A stretch of 64,000 bases of DNA from the NCBI RefSeq assembly GCF_018977255.1, contig NW_024704742.1, positions 124,126,001 through 124,190,000 on the forward strand. The letters are read 5' to 3'. Origin of the DNA: Callorhinchus milii (lineage: Eukaryota). Within the stretch, counting starts at the first letter, position 1; each line of letters begins with the position of its first letter. Both the position numbers and the translations under genes were made by a program. The notes under the pieces are model-generated. The model was not told where the DNA came from, did no database searches, and saw nothing but the letters and a program-made list of their open reading frames with translations. Positions 1-14,000 of this stretch are shown piece by piece.

Positions 1-645
1 TAGTGGTGATAAGATCAGTGAGACAGATTTGTTATTGAAAATAGTTCATAATCCTAGAAATAATTTAGCAATCTGAGAGAGTTACATTTACCAGGTGCTC
101 CTGGAAAAGGGAAATTGGCAGGTACTGTCATGCCACAATCTGTAGGCTGCTGTTGTGTAGCCAATGTTCCTCGATGAGCAGAATGGTCTCTGGCACTTGG
201 GACAATGAATTTTTCAATATTCAAAACAAGAAATGTAATCAGCGACTCCTGATAGTAACTGAGCAGGTGTCACAATATCCCGCGGGAACTCCACTTTGGT
301 GGTAGATCTTATCAGAGCAGAGCTCCTTGGGTCGGCATGATGTACCCCCAATTACCACGCAGATTTGATATTAGCAAATATGTGTCGCTGTTTGAAACTT
401 CTTTGTGAACATAATTATTTAAATCCCATTGATATCAAAAGATACTTATCTAAAATAAGTTTCGTACTCATGTTTCATTCTGTGTCAAATATATTTGCCT
501 TGAACTTAAAATAAGCCAGAGAGCCCTGGTAAAAAAATTATGCAATGTAAATTTTATCCAGTAAAATCTTACAAATGGTGCTTCGATCTGAAATTTGAAA
601 TTATTCTCTTCTATCAGATAGAAGTTGGGGATATTTTACAAAACT

Positions 646-727
646 CTGTTCTACAAACAAAACGTGCGTTTTTACTCTTCAGTATACTGTTCTACAAACA
701 AAACGTGCGTTTTTACTCTTCAGTATA
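646..727. repeat. Perfect tandem duplication, 2 x 41 bp
   Basis: ctgttctacaaacaaaacgtgcgtttttactcttcagtata occurs twice. Confidence 0.95.
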
Positions 728-1509
728 CGTTGTTTTTGTCTTGCTCCTGTTGCACTTTTGTATGTATGCAATCAAGTTCATTTTCCATAAGGGATGGTTT
801 TTAACTATATTTTACACAAAATATTTCTTAAACATATTTGCCGAATGAATCAATCTCCTCTGTAATTAAATTATTTTTAGCCTCTAGTTTCTATCCAAAC
901 CAAAGGGGGAAAAAAACACCCTGGAATATCCTGGTTCTTCCATCTGCTGGGCACAGATAGTGAGAAACAGACAAAGGTAAACTACAACATTTAAATAAGA
1001 CCTATTTCAGAAATGACTTTTCTAGAAGTGGCTCTCTGTATTTCTTTAATGAGTCTAATTTTTTTATAGATTAACAGGATACAGAAGTAACTTATGCCAA
1101 ACAGCAGGTGGTAGGGAATTCTAATGAGATTTCTTTACAATGGGAATTCTGACAAAATTCCAAAATACCACAAATAAGGCCCTAAGATAAATGTACACCC
1201 AATAACCCAAATTCAGATCCCAAGGTTGTTCCCAAGGTCCCAAGGTTGTTCCTGTATAATGATTAAAAAATTGTTACATTTGATATAACGACTTTCATGT
1301 CAGAAGGATTTCTCAAAGTCCTTCACAGGATTTACTGTAAAGTTAAGTGATTGTATATAGGAGTAGGAGTACATACATATGTTACACTATAATTGTTAAC
1401 CTGGGGAAAAGAGCCAGTGAAAAGTGATTATTTTAACTTCTAAAATGAAGTGTGTAAAATTTGACAGTGTGTAAACAGAACAGAGTAACTGAGTGGCATT
1501 GTCCCTGCA

Positions 1510-2342
1510 AAGGGATACAGATAGCCTAGGTGAGTGGGCAAGAAGGTGGCAGACGGAGTATAACATGGGGAAGTGTGAAGTTATTCACCTAGGTAGTAAA
1601 AAACAGAAAAGCAGATTATATTCTAGATGGGGAGAGACTAGGTGTTAGTGTTCAGAGGGATTTGGGTGTCCTTGTACATCAGTCACAAAAAGTTAGTATG
1701 CAGGTACAGCAAGTAACCAGGAAGGCGAATTGCATGTTGGCGTTCGTTGCAAAAGGGTTAGAATACAAGAGTAGGGAAGTCTTGCTGTAACTGTATAGGG
1801 CCTTGGTGAGACCCCACCTGGAGTATTGTGTGCAGTTCTGATCTCCTTATTTAGGAAAGGACATACTCACCTTAGAGGGGGTGCAGCGTAGATTCACTAG
1901 GTTAGTCCCTGGGATGAGGAGGTTGACCTTTGAGGATAGGTTGAGTAAATTAGGCTTATATTCTCTAGAATATAGAAGAATTAGGGGTGATCTTATAGAA
2001 ACATATAAAATTCTTATGGGGCTTGACAGAGTAGACAGTGTGAGACTGTTTCCCCTAGTAGGAGAATCTAGAACTAGGGGTCTTAAGATTGAGGGTCAGC
2101 CCTTTCAAACAGAGTTGAGGAAACACTCCTTCACTCAGAGGGTAGTGAATTTATGGAATTTATGGCTGTGAATGAGATTGATAGATTTCTAAAGGATAGA
2201 GGGATTAAGGGATATGGGGATAAGGCGGGCAGATGTTAGGTTAGAAGATCAACCACGATCTTAGTGAATGGCGAGGCAGGCTCGAGGGGCTGAATGGGCT
2301 ACTCCTACTCCTTATTCCTATGTTCCTATGTTTCTATGTTCC
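1510..2342 (+). mobile_element. CR1 LINE, 5'-truncated 3' end
   Basis: Decayed ORF2 tail (QRRFTRLVPGM...LYSLEYRRIRGDLIETYKI) and a (TTCCTATG)n 3' microsatellite; closely similar to the copy at 39.5 kb. Confidence 0.92.
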
Positions 2343-4460
2343 ATTCACTGTGATCTAACATCATAATCTTTCTTTATTTTACTGGTGAACCATTGCTGTG
2401 TTAGAAACAAAATAATACAAGTAAAATCAAGGACAATTCTACAATTTACTCGACTTTGAGACAATAAAGATGTCAAGATACTAGCTGGATATTGAAAAGC
2501 AGAGAGTAGTGCCCCCAGGACTGTGTAAATTTAAGACAGTGGTCTTAAGGCTAACACCATGAGAATTTTGGGCCTCCGTTCAAATTATTCATTTCCAAAA
2601 TCCCACGATGGTTATTAATGGACAAGCTGTTGTGTTCCTTTTAGGCCATCTGCAATTCATCAGTTTAGGGAGATGGGAACCAGCACTAAATTGGGAAGGA
2701 TTTCTGTATCCAACCACATATAGCACTGTAATACTGTATATGCATGAGTTAGAATTAATTTAATAAAATAGAGTAATTCAGCCTGGGAAGAGGGAGCCAG
2801 TTTTACTCAGATGAATTTCATCATCTTTAACTCCCACTTGCATCTACGCATTTGAGATACTGCAATTTTACAGCACTATGTACCAAGTAATCTACATAAT
2901 AATCCTGATATTTGGTTATTATGAGCTATAACCATGAATTATTTCGAAGTAATTTAACCATATGTTATGACCTCAACAATGAAACATTTTATCCAGTCCT
3001 AACTATAAATCAATATGTAATTATATGTTTGACTACAGTGTTAGACTTAGACCTCAGTGAAATGGGCTTGAAAACAATGCTCTACTGCAAAATTGTATGA
3101 GGAGGGATGAAGACTTTATTGTTGTGAGGTATCTCTGATAGCTTAAACACTGTGCCAAGGTAGCTTATCCCAGTCAGTACAACAGTAGAAATACTACAAG
3201 TGATTGAGGTAGGTGGAAAAAATCATTCAGAGTTCCTGCTAGTTACTATACAGTAAGTACTTCTGGAAAAGAGCAGTTTTATGGCCATCAAACAACAATG
3301 GATTTGGACTTGCCTGTGTTTCTTCACACTCCCCCTTTCCTTCCCCTTCCCATGGTTGAATAGTCTGCAGACTCTAACTGCTGAGACTCATATGTGAAGA
3401 AAGGCCAGGTGTTGAGGTACTAAAAACGCTGTCAAATCATAACCCAACAAAAGTAAACAATCTCATGACTGGAAGGTATAAATTTTGAGAAAATGTTTTT
3501 CTGTCACCTCTTTCTTTTACTGTATTAATGTATCAGAACCTCAAAAAATAGAAACTTACATTTATGTAGCCTCTTCATGTCTCAGAGTGCTTCATAGAGA
3601 TGGTCAGACACCGAGCAAGAAAAGAGTGTGGGGAAGGAAGGGAGGTGGGAGGTGACCATAAGAGCGGTTAAAGAGGTAGGTTTATAGGTGGGATTTAAAG
3701 ACACATAAGGGTGGCCGATGAAACAGAGTGGTAGAGAGTGAATATTTCAGGGAGAAGCATAGTTGATGAACATGCTCCATATTGAAGGGAGGCGCTTGTC
3801 AATAACTAGCTTTTATGAGTAAGGAAAAGTAAGGAAACAGTGGATTTCAAAACAAAGACAGACAAAATTATTCACAGAATTTTTGCTAAACTGCTTTCTG
3901 AAGAATCTAAAAGGCCTTTTCAATATTACAGGATTATCGTGGCCGGAAATAGTGTTCTTTTCTTAAATCCAGTTTTATATTCACGTCCAAAGATATTCGA
4001 TTTATGAATCATAAAAGAATAAAACGCTGATTTGAGCTTTTAAGCATCATATTTCGGTCACCACATGCTCACATCTTGGCACAATTTAATCCGAATGGCT
4101 GAATCTCTCTCATCCTTTCCAGACATCTGTTACTTTTTATGCTCAACAGGAAACAGCTGATTCATATAGTTCTGTCACTTTCAACCCCACCATGCTTGTT
4201 TTTCTTCTCTTTCCTTCATACAGCTGAAATTAAAATTGTTTCAGATATTTCCTGTCCAGAACAATTCTTCTCACTTGGGCTGTTTCAGCCCACTGCAAGC
4301 TAAAGGCCAAGGCTGAAACCAAATCCTAAACTGAGTGGTTTCCAGATGAACGGGCTTCTTCTAGGAACTGTGAAGGATTTTCTCTATTATTGTTGCACTA
4401 GATAACCGTCAGTGGAAACATACCAGAGAAGAAATGAAGATGATGAATGATGGATGTCTG

Positions 4461-4838
4461 TCAGCCTGGCTCAGTTGGCAGCACTCTCGCCTCTGAGTCA
4501 GAAGGTTGTAGGTTTGATCCCCATGTCGGGACATATATAGTCTCCTGACTCCCCAGAACAGTGCTGAGGGTGTACTGCATTGTTGGAAGTGCCATCTTTC
4601 AGATGAGACATTAAACTACCTGTTCAGGTGGATGTTAAAGATCCTGTGGCAGTCTTCAAAATAACAAGGGAGTCCTTGCCAACAATTCCCCCAAATAAAA
4701 TTGTTTGTTCACTTCATTGATGTTTGTGGGGCATTGTTGTGTGTAAATTAGCTGCTGCTTTCACCTAGGACATATACAGTCACTCCTGTTTGAGTCGTCA
4801 AAGTGAAAGGTGCTATATCAAATATAAGGGTTATTATA
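4461..4838 (+). mobile_element. Older Deu-domain SINE (SacSINE1-like)
   Basis: tRNA-like head ggctcagttggcagcactctcgcctctgagtcagaaggttgtaggtt, then gtgccatctttcagatgagacattaaac, tcaggtggatgttaaagatcc and the Deu core. Confidence 0.82.
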
Positions 4839-6290
4839 TTTGTTAGACAACGAATGATCACAGCAGTCTCAAACACTAAACCAACCTGTAATGTAGTAAC
4901 GTATGGTGATATGAAAACAGCATCTTTTCAGAGTGTATTTTGGCAACGTTACAATTATAACATCAGCTTGTATTTAGAAGAACATTTCAAATCACTTTGC
5001 AAATGCAATGGCAAATGTAATTGAGTATCATGAAAGAGAAACTTTTTTAGGAGGTTTTTGAAATCAGGGATAGCAGCAGCAAAGCAAAGCATTTTTGGAA
5101 GTGACAGGGGATAGCTGAAGGCTGGATCCCTGATGCAAAATGGGGACTAACCATTAGCTCAGTTTTGGAAGAATGGAAAGGTGGAAAGAATGGATTTAAA
5201 CGCAAGGGAAGAATCTTAAACTCTTGAATAATAATGTTACCCATTTAAGAAATGATCGAATCCAATCCAATTGCCACATAAATGAAGGAAGAATAAAAGA
5301 GAACTACATGGGCAGACAATTCCACAAATTCTTTAGACAAAATCTCATTTTGTACCACTAAGGCGGGACTCATATAAAACTGTTAGATTAAATGAGAAAG
5401 AAAAATTACTGTGGGCAAGAGAGAAATACAGAAAAAAGAACTGATCAACATATACAAAAAATGTTTCCTCCAAAGAACAAAAAGAATTCTAATAATATAA
5501 GAATAATCCTTGCAGTGGTGTAGTATCTTGTCACATTGTCAAGACATTTCAAAATGCTCTACAGGAGATTACTGTGAAGTGAAGTGGAGAAACATAGGAA
5601 CATAGGAACAGGAGTAGGCCATTCAGCCCTTCGAGCCTGTTCTGCCGCTTAATTAGATCACGGATGATCTGTATCTCAACTAATCCTTTCAATTCAAATT
5701 TCCTGCTTTGTCCCCATATCCCTTAATAACCTAACCTACCATGTAGGAAAATATGGCAGCCAAGTTGTGCAATGTCTTACACACAGCCATGAAGTGAATG
5801 ACCAATTGTATGTGGGGTTTGTTGGCTAGGAAATCAGAAGAAACTTCCTTTTATTTTGAATAGTATCACACGATTTGTAATGTTGACTTGAACAGGGACG
5901 TCTTCCTGACGTGAAAGGTGCTCTACAAATGTAATTTGTTGTTGTTAACATCTGATCTGAAGGACAGCCTCCCACCCCCTGCACTGGACTGGACTATTAG
6001 CCCAAATATTGCCTTCAAGAAGGACTAAACGTGACTCTATGGAAGTTTGCATGTTTAACATCTCAGTGTCTGTGCAAGAGTACTGTTTCAAGAAACATAG
6101 TAACGAGAATAGGGCCGTTGTGTCTTTGAGCCTGTTCCACCATTTTATTAGATCATGGCACTTCCTTAATAGTATCCCCAGCTGTTGAATTTCTGCTCTT
6201 TGACGCTACATACAGATTCTCACCCAAGCAAACAAGAAACCTGTGTTTTATTGAAAGTACAGTATATGTGACTAGATATATATTAGCAAA

Positions 6291-6474
6291 CAGTGGTGGA
6301 CTGGCTCCCTGAAACGACTCTCTGGATTGTCGGGTTCAGCTTAAAACAACTGCGCATTTAAAAACTTTGTTGGGACTTAAATAAAACTTCTGAACTAGGC
6401 TCTATGGGTGGTAAGCATTGGGAGACAATCATGAGGACACCCAGGAAATTTCTCATGTAGCCAGTACGCCCCTG
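6291..6474. mobile_element. hAT-type MITE
   Basis: Terminal inverted repeats CAGTGGTGGACTGGCT and revcomp CAGGGGCGTACTGGCT (13/16); 8-bp flanks ttagcaaa and ttaccata (6/8) fit a decayed target-site duplication. Confidence 0.65.
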
Positions 6475-6536
6475 TTACCATATCACTTTAGATACGTATA
6501 CTATGTAATTCTGATGTATGAATTCTTTGTGTCCAC

Positions 6537-7050
6537 TTTTTTTTTGGTCAGCCAGGTGTCTGACACATGCAGGAGCTTATCACCATGCTTAACAGTAGCC
6601 AAACCAAACTGAGAGTTTGATTCATCCCACCTACACATGGAAATTCCAGAGATGTTTATGGAGTGACACAATCTGCTTACCTAATTGCAGAGAGTATTAG
6701 TCACAGGTTGGCAAGAGCTAAGGCTTTGGATTACCAGAGTTTGTTTTGGGGTTCTGCTGGAGTCTAACCTGCCAAAAACTATATAGTTGTCTGGCAAGCT
6801 TTTCCACTGTTTGTCCATGTAGCACTACCCTCTCCGTTAGGGCTTTGGCTTGCCGGGTTAACAGGAGCTGTGTGGGAAGAACCCCAGTGACTGGTCAGCC
6901 CTTCCAAGTCCTGCTGATGTGCACTCATCAGCAATGCCCTGAGTACTACAGACACATCTGGCTCAGGAACTGAACTAATGAGATCGACACAGGGGTTGGC
7001 TTGATTCTGACATTCCATTGCCAAACATGTCACCCAAAAGAGGATAGGGG
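6537..7050 (-). mobile_element. 3' end of the RTE-like LINE
   Basis: Starts tttttttttggtcagccaggtgtctgacacatgc (A-tail on the minus strand); colinear with 44628-45210. Confidence 0.85.
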
Positions 7051-10000
7051 CACAGGCAGAAATGTAGTTATGTGATGATAATTGTGTGATTGAATTAACT
7101 CACACTTGAATCCAGTACCTCTGAATAGAACTTAAGGACTCGTGGACGGGAGCCATACAGTATTTGGTCACGAATCATGCTGGTTTATGAAGCATCAGGA
7201 CCTGGAATTGCACCACAATCCTTCACACAGCAAGTTCCTGAGCTGTTATAGGGAAAATGTCAATGAAAAGCAAAACATGGAGAATAGAGAGGAAGTCTTG
7301 TGTTGTGGTCAATTACAGAAAACCAACAGCACCCTCCCTCTCCCAATTACAGATAGATCAAAAGAGATAGAAAGGAACATTTTTTAAAAAAAACATTTTT
7401 GATTAAAAATGTTAAAATTCAATGCTTTTGAAATTGAAAGGTGTTCTCAAAATGTAATTCTCACATCATGAGTTAATGTTTTTCAGCATCGGATTATCAA
7501 TGGGATTAAGACTTTTTCTAATTTACTGTATTTAGGAATTTAAGATGATCCATGAATGTTCTCTTTACAAGTGCTTCTCTGATTTTTTTTTACTGAACAT
7601 GATTTATTAATGCATTGGATGTAATTTGTAATATTCCTTAAATTTGAAATGGGATCGGGTGGATGTCTCAAAGCGTTTCACAGGATTTCCTGTAATTATA
7701 TTTTGTAGGCGAAGATGACAACCAATTTGCACACAGCAATGTCCCATAACCAACAACAACAACAAAATGACATTTGTATAGCGCCTTTCACGTAGGAAGG
7801 ATGTCCCAAATCACTGAACAATCAGTACTTTGGACGTGACCTGGGGGTGAGATCGGGGAGGATGGAAGGCAGAGGGGAAGGAGGGTGATCGAAGGCATAG
7901 TTAAAGAGGAAGGTCTTGAGACGGGTCTTGAGTGAGGCAAGGGCGAGGCGGAGGGACTGCGGGATGGAGTTCCAGAGGGTGCAGGCAGAGTGGTGAAATG
8001 AATGATCAATTTTACTTCCAACATTGTTTTAAGTGTCAACCTTGACTGGCCAAGGCCCCAGCATGGGGACTTTATAATCAACAAGAAAATATAATGTTAA
8101 AGAATCAAACAAACAAACAACATCTTAAATGTCTTACAACACCTGAAGTATCAGTGGCCCTGATAAAATCACCTTGTTCACAGGTCCTTTTTGCTTGTCA
8201 GTCTGTAGGTTGTCAGCTGTTAACTCAGAAATTGTCTCTCACTCTCCTTGGATCATCTCTTAAATAATAATAATCCTTACCTTTGGTATAGCGCCTTTCA
8301 TGTGAGGAGGATGTCCCAAAGTGCTTCACAAGGTATACAATAGCTCTAAAGGTGTAGTGTACAGGAGGTAAGGTACAGTAACTGTGTGTTTTATAGACAT
8401 ACAATCTCTTGCACATTCCTATTTCAGGCTGGTGTTGTATTCCAACCCAACCATTGTCACAAATTAAGATATTACTGCAAAATTCATAAGAGATCCAAAC
8501 AATAATGTTTATTAAATAATGCCAAATAATCTGTTAGGAACAGTAAGAAGCCATTCAGTCTATCAAGTCTGTTCCATTAATTTATTAGCTCTTGGCCAAT
8601 AGGCATTTCCCTGGCTATTTCTCCATGCTGATTAATACCATAACTGGATACCCTAAGTATCTATCTATCTCCCTTTTAAGCATCCCAATTGGTTTTCCCT
8701 CTGCTCCTGGGGCAATATGTTCCACATTTTCACAACGTTTTATACAAAGAAGTGTTTGCTAATCACATTTCACAGCTCAAATGTGGATCCCACCACTTGG
8801 CTTGTCAATTCGCTTCAGCTGTTTGAATACTATTTTTCATATCAACTAACAGAAAGCCGAGTAGTCAAAGATAATAAATTAAAATATTAAATTTGTGGTA
8901 TTTCTTAGCACATTACTTAATAAGAACTGTGTAACTATCACATTTCTAAAATATTGAATATGCAAAATGAGTGGCAAAACAATCAATTTCATGAAGGGTT
9001 AAAAACTATTTGTACTGGCTCCCTTAAACTTGAATTGATACCATTTAAACCTCCCTTACACAATCTATAAGCTCAGAATGTTGAGATATTTGCATCCCTC
9101 ACTGATGTATGGATAACATACAGTAGTCAGCAAAATTCAACCAAAAATTTCATTTCTGCATGAGATCATATTTAAACAAATCTTTTAGGTATAGTTCATT
9201 GTGCAAAGGAATATCTTTAGATGAGAGAATAGAATCTTGAATGAGATAAATAATTCAGGACTTTTTTGAGTTATGCAACAACATTCACATATTTCTAGTG
9301 AACATTGCATCAGATGTATTGCAAAACTATGAAAACTTGCCTGCATGTCAATTTGAGAAATACTATGTTTGAAGAGGGTCAGTCTTCTGATTGCTTGACA
9401 AACATATTCTTATTCATTTGCAAATGCACGATACAATGAACTAAAAAACATTAAAATGTGCATCTCTTAAGTACACCTCTGATTTACCTGTTGTTCACCT
9501 GTAGAGTGAAAAAAATCCTTGCATTTGGTAGAATACATTAAATAGCTCATAGTGCTTCACGGAGGTTTCTGTAAATTGTAGAGACAATGTATTTGAAGGC
9601 ATACGAGGTAGCTAATTGCATAAATCAATATCCCAACAAACAGCCATGAAATGAATGACTATTTGTTTATCTCAGGGATTATTTGCCAGAACACCCTTCT
9701 CTTTCAAATAGAGCCACAAGAGCTTTAATGTTCATCTGAACAGGCAGGTGGAATCTCAGTTTAACATCTCATGTGTAGGACAGCTCTACCCGTAGCACTG
9801 CAGTGCTGTGTGAACCTAAACTTTGAGCTCAACGTCCCAACAATGGGGCAAGAGCCCCTAACTTTCACTGAGAGACATGCTGTCACCTGGATTCAGTTGT
9901 CAATCATTGAAATCCATCCAGTCATTGTCTATATAATGCCAAATCCAAAGATTTGTTTCTGGCAATTGATGACTATAGTTACAAGATTCTGCTGGACTGA

Positions 10001-10194
10001 GTGTTTTCAGTGTTTGGGTCTGCAAATCCAGAGAGGAAGATACTTGTCAGGGTCTGTTCATCTAATGTAGGCAAAGTATCTAAATGGGCTTTTGAAACTG
10101 GCTGTTAGTTCAAAGATAAATGTCATCAATGGAGATCTTTTGGTGTATATACTATACTTGAAGGAACATTTAAAGGCACCTTGGGTCAAAAATA

Positions 10195-10505
10195 TAATAA
10201 TAATAATCCTTGCATTTGATATACTGCTTTTCATATCTTCTAGATGTCTCAATGCGCTTCACAGAACATATTGTAAAGTGAATTGACTCTATATTTGTGG
10301 GTGAAACATGGCAGCCAATTGCGCACAGCAGTGTCCCACAAACAGTTGTGGATTGAGTGACCAAATTATTATTGTTTCTTTTTCTTGAGGGATTATTATC
10401 AGGCATGTGGAGTAAGGAACTTGTCCAAGGTTTCGCCCTGCCGGTAATCGAACCCAGGTCTCTCTCTTGCGAGGCGAGTGTTCCAACCACTGAGATACCG
10501 GACTC
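10195..10505 (-). mobile_element. tRNA-headed SINE with Deu-like core and L2-like (ATT)n tail, full length
   Basis: A box (TCTCAGTGG), B box (GGTTCGATTACC), core tgtttgtgggacactgctgtgcgcaattggctgcc, and tail atatcaaatgcaaggattattatt. Confidence 0.88.
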
Positions 10506-12059
10506 AATGTGATACCACGTTATCACGTGATTAAAGTGGTAATGTTTCAGAATATACAGCAACTCAATAGCATTGGCATTTGGTAAACGTGGAGACATGT
10601 CTTAGCCTAAAAAAAGAATTTTCAAGTGTATGAAATGTAGCTGTAGCTACACAACTTTCAAACTCGGCCGTAAATAATCCAGCCACTTGTTACCATGCTA
10701 CAATGATGTTTAATATCAATGTACAGTCAAATCACTTTACAGTATATTCTGTGAAGCGCTTTGCGACGTTTCAACAACATGATAAAGTGCTATATCAAAT
10801 GCAAGGATTATGATTACTTATTATTTACCCATACAGTTGAAGAATACACTGCTGTAAAATGAATTGGTGGTTCTGGATTAAGGAGGATTTTGTTTTACCT
10901 GCCAAACAAATAACCCTTTCACTTTCCCAGCACTAACATATAAGCAAATTTCACTATGCAGTCAAGCACAAAACACCATTGTGATTAAATGATGGATGAC
11001 GTTTCTCCCCATCCCAGCCAGATCAGTGTCTGTCACATGTTTTCTTTATAAAGGCGCTGTACCTTGGAAACCACATCTAATGGTTGCTACAGCACACTGC
11101 TCCATAAACAATAGGAAGTGTGCCTTCAGAGCTGGTACTTTCCTAGCTCAATTTATTACAATAATAATAATTCTTGCATTTGCATTGTCACGTCACTGAG
11201 ATGTCTTAAAGCGCTTCACAGAATTTGCTGTAAATTTTAGCGCCTGAATTTTCTAGGCAATCATGACACCCAGTTTGCACACAGCAATGTCCCACAAGCA
11301 GCCATGAAAAGAATGACCGATTTGTTTCTGGGGGATTGTTGGTTAAGAGACTGAGAGTATTCCCCTTCGCTTTTTGATTAGTGCCATGGGATCTTTAATG
11401 ACACGCAACTTTGGTTTAATGTCTTATCCCTAAGGACAGATTATGCAGCAACTTTCTATTCCCAATTAAATTAGGTGCTTAAAGCACAACACAACTGATA
11501 ATTCTGATTGCCTGGATAGAAAATACTAGCACAGGAACCAAGTGAATACAAACTTTTTTTGTGAAAAAACGCTGCCATCTCATTGGCAGAAGTATTTGGT
11601 ACAACCCTCTGGTTTGTGTTGGGACAGCAAATACAAAATAAACATTACAGACAAAACAGGAAAAGAAAGACAAACTTTAGGAAAAGCACAATCTGTTTTA
11701 GGTTGGCCCCTAAATAAACTTGAAGGAAATCATTCTGTGTAACATAGAAACAAGAGTAGACTACACAGCCCCTCGAGCCTGTTCTGGCATTTTATAAAAT
11801 CATGGCTGATCTGTACCTCAAGTCCAGTTACATGCCCTTGTATTTTCCAACAAATACAATGTTTGGGATTTCAAAGCCTCAGAATAAAATAGCTGAAGTT
11901 GCTGAGGAGTGTGAAAAGTGGTTGAATGGTATCACAAGACTAACACCATTAAATGTAATACACTAAAAGAACTAAAAAGAAAGGTCTATAAAGAAACGAC
12001 AAGTATGGAGCTGTGGACCCAGGAAATATCTAGTGAAGGTCAAACCCATGCTTGTCGGA

Positions 12060-12673
12060 TGTCAAATGACCAACTAGTGACTATCCTCCTTGGGGGTAGG
12101 TGGGGGGGAAGTATGTGGGATTCCCTTAGAGCTGAATTGGCTCCAAGGTGACATGCCTACCAATGGAATGTGTGAGTCAAGACAGGCCTCTTTGGCGGCC
12201 TCAGTTGTCCTGTTCTTGAGCCAAGTGGGTCTGCAGTACTCAAGGCACTGGCTCATCAGCAGGACCTGGAAGGGCAGACCATTACTGGGGGGCAGGGCGT
12301 CATCCCACTCAGGTCCTGTTAACCCTGCAAGCCAAAGCCCTAGTAGGGAGGGTGGTCCAAGTTGGACAAGCAGCAGGAAAGCTTGCCAGACAGCAAGTTA
12401 TGCAGTTTTAGCTGGTTATAATCCAATAGTGCCCCAATGCACACTCTGGGGTCCCCAAGCCTTTCCTCTTGCCATCCTATGCCTAATACTTTCCGGAATT
12501 AGGTAAGCAGGATACTTCCATCCAGGGAGAGAGTACGCATTCCATTCCAACAATCTATCTCTGGGATTTCCATGTATAGGTGGGATGCATGAAAATCTTA
12601 GCTTGGTTTGGATATTCCTAAGCATGGTGATGGTGTTTACACATGTGTGGGATACCCGGCTGACCAAAAAAAA
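12060..12673 (+). mobile_element. 3' end of the RTE-like LINE
   Basis: caactagtgactatcctcct...gaaagcttgccagacagc...gatacccggctgaccaaaaaaaaa. Confidence 0.85.
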
Positions 12674-12846
12674 ATAGCTGCAATGCCAGTGACTTTAACA
12701 TTTAACATTGTAAGGGACTGTCACAAACTCTGACCCCAGAGTGTGGATTAGGTCCACTCAACTATCTTGCTCAGTTCAGACACCTGCAGGGATGATATCA
12801 ACACTGCAGAGAAATCACAGTTCTGGTCTAAATTCAAGGCTGCTTT

Positions 12847-14000
12847 ACAACAACAACAAACAACAAAATTACGTTTCTATAGCATCTTTCACATCGGGAG
12901 GACATCCAAGGCTACTGGACAGTCAGAATTTTGGACCTGAGCTGGGTGTCGGGATTGGGGAGGGTGGAGGGCAGGGGGGAAGTAGGGTGATCGAAAGTAC
13001 GGTTGAAGAGAAGGGTCTTGAGATGGGTCTTGAAGGAGGCAAGGGAGGGGACGAGATGGAGGGACTGAGTTCCAGAGGGTGGGTGCAGAGTGGCAGAAGG
13101 CCTGGCCCGTTCACCAATAGTGGGGCGAGTGAGGTGGGGACGTGAAGCAGGCTAGAGCCTGATGAGCGGAGTGAGCAGAATGGTAGGGGGTTAGGAGGTC
13201 GCAGAAGTAAGGGGGAGCAAGACCGTGGAGGGCTTTGAAGGTGAGGATGCAGGATCTTGAACTGTATCCTCTGTGTGATGGGAAGTCAATGGAGTCAGGA
13301 GAAGATGGGGGTGATAGGGTCACGTAGCCTGGTGCGGGAGACCACACGGGCTGCAGAGATTTGGATGGTCTGCAGCCTATGGAGGGAGGAGTTGGGGAGC
13401 CGACAAGCAAGGAGTTTGCCTAGTCAAGCCTCGATATAATGAAGGCGTGTATGAGGGTTCCGGTGGCCTACGGTGTGAGACAGTGGCAGAGCCGGGCGAT
13501 GTTGTGGAGGTGGGGAAGGCAGAGCGGGTCATGGCACAGATGTGGGGTAGATAGGATAGTTGAGGGTCAAACAAAGCACCAAGGTTCCGGCTTAATAAGA
13601 TGGAGTGTGCAACCATGGATGGTGATGCTGTCAGCGCCTAAGGTGAGGAGCCGCTGACAGGAGCCAATCAGGAAAGCCTCGGTCTTGTTGACGTTCAGCT
13701 GAAGAAAGTTAGCTCTCATCCAAGGATTGATGTCTGACAAATATTCTGTCAGGACAGCAGTGGTCCTGGAGTCAAGGGTGGAGGCAGAGAGGTACAGTTG
13801 GGTGTCATTCGCATACATGTGGAAGTTAACCCCATGTCTGTGGATGTTGTCACCAAGGGGAAACATATATATATTGAAGAGGAGGGGACCAAAGACAGAG
13901 CCCTGAGGAACGCTGCACAAGATGGTGCAGGGGCTAGAGGAGAAATTGTTTGTGGAGATGAAATGGAGGCGGTGTAGGAGGTACGATCTGAACCAGTCAA
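12847..14000 (-). mobile_element. L2 LINE, 5'-truncated, decayed RT
   Basis: VPQGSVFGPLLFNIYMFPLG...HMYANDTQLYLS...NFLQLNVNKTE, RNLGALFD, ILTFKALHGLAPPY, and a (TTG)n tail at 12847. Confidence 0.92.

Noticed and set aside
646..727. Direct repeats as a CRISPR-like array
   Set aside because: Two adjacent copies without spacers, in eukaryotic DNA with no cas genes.
540..848. 102-aa hydrophobic ORF and the many other 60-160-aa ORFs in the track
   Set aside because: They lie in AT-rich sequence or repeats and have no domain, no splice support and no coding-like composition.
10430..10505. tRNA-like sequence (also near 25070-25138, 4465-4525 and 17476-17535)
   Set aside because: These are SINE heads that continue into SINE body and tail, with broken cloverleaf stems; they are not tRNA genes.
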